Assembly: GCA_002314565.1 (NCBI GenBank)
Contig: DCGL01000116.1
Span: forward strand, 1 to 45,182
Direction: 5' to 3'
From: Clostridiales bacterium UBA1779
GTDB taxonomy: Bacteria > Bacillota > Clostridia > Oscillospirales > CAG-272
Length of the DNA stretch: 45,182 nucleotides
The notes under the pieces: model-generated
Databases searched by the model: none
Told to the model about the DNA's origin: nothing
Seen by the model: the letters and a program-made list of their open reading frames with translations, nothing else
In this document: one piece after another, positions 40,801 to 43,800 of the stretch
Layout of the letters: every line of letters starts with the position of its first letter
Position numbering within the stretch: position 1 is the stretch's first letter
Translations under genes and position numbers: made by a program

Positions 40801-43800
40801 GTCGGATTCGAGTATTCGGATGACCTTTCTTCACTCGGCGGCAGCTGCACATACAGCTACACCTACGACGTGACGGTCCCCGCAAACAGAGGAGTCGGCA
40901 CATACTCCATTACCCCGTCTGGACTTAGCTCTCAGAACTATGAAATTACCTTCGTACCCGGAACACTCACCGTAAACGCAAAGACCGTTACGATTACTCC
41001 GGATGCAAACCAGAAGAAGGTATTCAATACGTCTGATCCCGTATTCACGTATACGGCAGCGGGTCTTGTATACAATGACACGACAAGCGGTGCTCTTGCA
41101 AGAGTCAGCGGCGAAAACGTCGGTCTGTACAACCTGCTTCTCGGTACTGTCAGCGCAGGATCAAACTACAATATCAGCTTCACAACCGGCGTTAAGTTTG
41201 AAATAGTAAATGCCACAATCATTTACTCTCTTGCTTACAGCTCGGGCATTGCCTATGACGGACACAACCATACCGTAACAGTTAAGGTCACAACACCCGG
41301 TTCGGGCTACAGCGTGTATTATGCGGACAGCCAGGCGGGACTTGACTCAAACGGCACGGTACAGCCCGTATACAGCAATGCGGGAACCTACACGGTCTGG
41401 TACAGAATCGTTGCTGCAAACTACACGACTGTAACAGGCAGCCAGACCTTTACAATCAACACAAAGAAGCTTGACAAGCCTACGCTTGCGTCTTCAGGCT
41501 TCGTTTATGACAGCATAAGCCACGGCACTCTCATCGGGGTCACCGATGAAATGACGGTAACCGAAACTCAGTCGGGTGCTCTTCTGAACGTAAATGCCGG
41601 AACATATTCCGTAAGCATCGTTCCGAAGACCAACTACAGCTGGGACGGCGCTGCTGCCGGCTCTGCCGATACAAGCGCAGTCGTGCTTTCATGGACGATT
41701 TCGAAGAAGACTCTGACGGCAACGGCAGACTCAAAGACGGTAACCTACGGTGATGCCGTTCCCGTATATACGGTTTCGTACTCCGGCCTTGCCGCAAACG
41801 ATACCGTAGCGGTTATCAGCGGAACTCCTTCGTTCAGCTGCTCGTATGCACAGGGCTCAAATGCCGGAACGTATCAGATTACTGTTTCAGGCGTCAGCGC
41901 TTCGAACTACAATATCAGCTTCGTTCCCGGAACGCTGACGGTCAACAGACTGCCGATTGCCGTTCCCACAGCAGTCACCGGCCTTGTTTACAATGCAAAC
42001 GAACAGACTGCCGTAACTGCCGGAACCGGTTACTCGGTTGTAAGCGGCGGAAAGGGTACGAATGCCGGCAATTATACAGCAGTAGTCGCTGTCGACAGCA
42101 ATCATATCTGGGATCTTGCCGTCGATACTGCCGACAATCAGAACATTGACTGGAACATTGCAAAGGCAGAGGCTTACGTAAGCGTTGCAAATGCCGCAAA
42201 GGTTTACGGAGATGCCGATCCTGCATTCTCTTCAACCGTAACGGGTATGAAGGGAAGCGATTCGCTCACCGTAACTTATAACAGAGCAAACGGAGAAAAC
42301 ACAGGAAGCTATACAATCCGCGCCTCCGCTTCGAACGCAAACTACAACATTCACTTCACAGACGGAACTCTCGTAATTTCAAGGGCTTCGCTGACGGTTA
42401 CTGCAAATGGCAAGACGGTAAGCTACGGCGATAATGCTCCTGCTTACAACTATACGGTCAGCGGATATAAGAACGGCGACACTGAGTCGGTATTCAGTTC
42501 TTCAATCGTAATTTCCTGCACGTACGTAAAGGGAGATTCAATCGGTTCAAAGACTATTACCGTAAACGGTCCCGCGGTCCTTTCAAATTACAACGTTTCA
42601 TACGTCAACGGAACACTGACGGTTAACAAGCTGTCAATCACAGTCAAGGCCGACAGTAAGTCAAAGATTTTCGGAACCGCGGATCCTGAATTCACGGGAA
42701 CCGTAAATCCCGCACTTGTGAACTCCGGCGACCTCGGAGCGATTACTTACACGAGAGCAGCCGGCGAAAACGTCGGAACTTACACGATTACACCGCACTA
42801 TACGGATAATGCAAACTATTCGATTACTGTTGAAACAGGATTACTTACAATCAACACAAAGACAATAGTACGTCCGACAGCTTCTTCGGGACTCGTATAT
42901 AACGGAAGTGAACAGACCGGTGTTGCCGGCGGTGCGGGATATACCGTAACAAACGGTAAGAAGACCGAAGCCGGAAATTACACGGCAGTTGCAACACTTT
43001 CGGATACAGTCAACACGAAGTGGGACAACGGAAGCATAGATGCACAGAATATCGCCTGGTCAATTGCAAAGGCAGATATTACATACTACAGCGTCAGTGC
43101 AGGAAATCTCACTTACAACGGAAGCACTCAGACACCCGCTCTTACCGTGAGTGCAACGACGGTTGCCTCCCAGACTGCGGTATTCACTTACAGCACGTCA
43201 CAGAACGGAACATATACGACTGCATTACCCACTGTTATGAATGCAGGTACTTATACTTTCTGGTATAAGATCAATGCAAACAGCCACAACGAGGTCAGCG
43301 GTTCGTTTACTGTAAACGTTGCAAAACGACAGATTTCAGTTCCCACAGCCAATACCGGACTTATTTACAGCGGTTCCGAACAGACCGGTGTAAATAACGT
43401 AGCGGGACTTTACGTCTTCACCGACAATAAGGCAACGTACGTAGGCTCATACACAACGAAGGTGGACCTTGCCGACAGCGCAAACAACGAGTGGACTGAC
43501 GGCACGGTTTCCCAGAAGACTGTTGGCTGGTCAATCGCCAAGGCTGCATATCCTAAGACATACACGCTTTCGGATATGACCTACACCTACGACGGAATTG
43601 CACATATTCCGGATTACAATGCGGCTGAAATTGCATCGGACGGCATTCTCGTAAGCTGGGATCACACTCAGACCAACGTCGGCTCATCGGCAATCACGGC
43701 TATCTTCTCATTTGCAGATACCGATGAAAGCGTTGTGACAAATCAGGCACACAACTATTATGCTCCCGTTTCACAGACGGCAGTTGTTACCATCGTTGCA

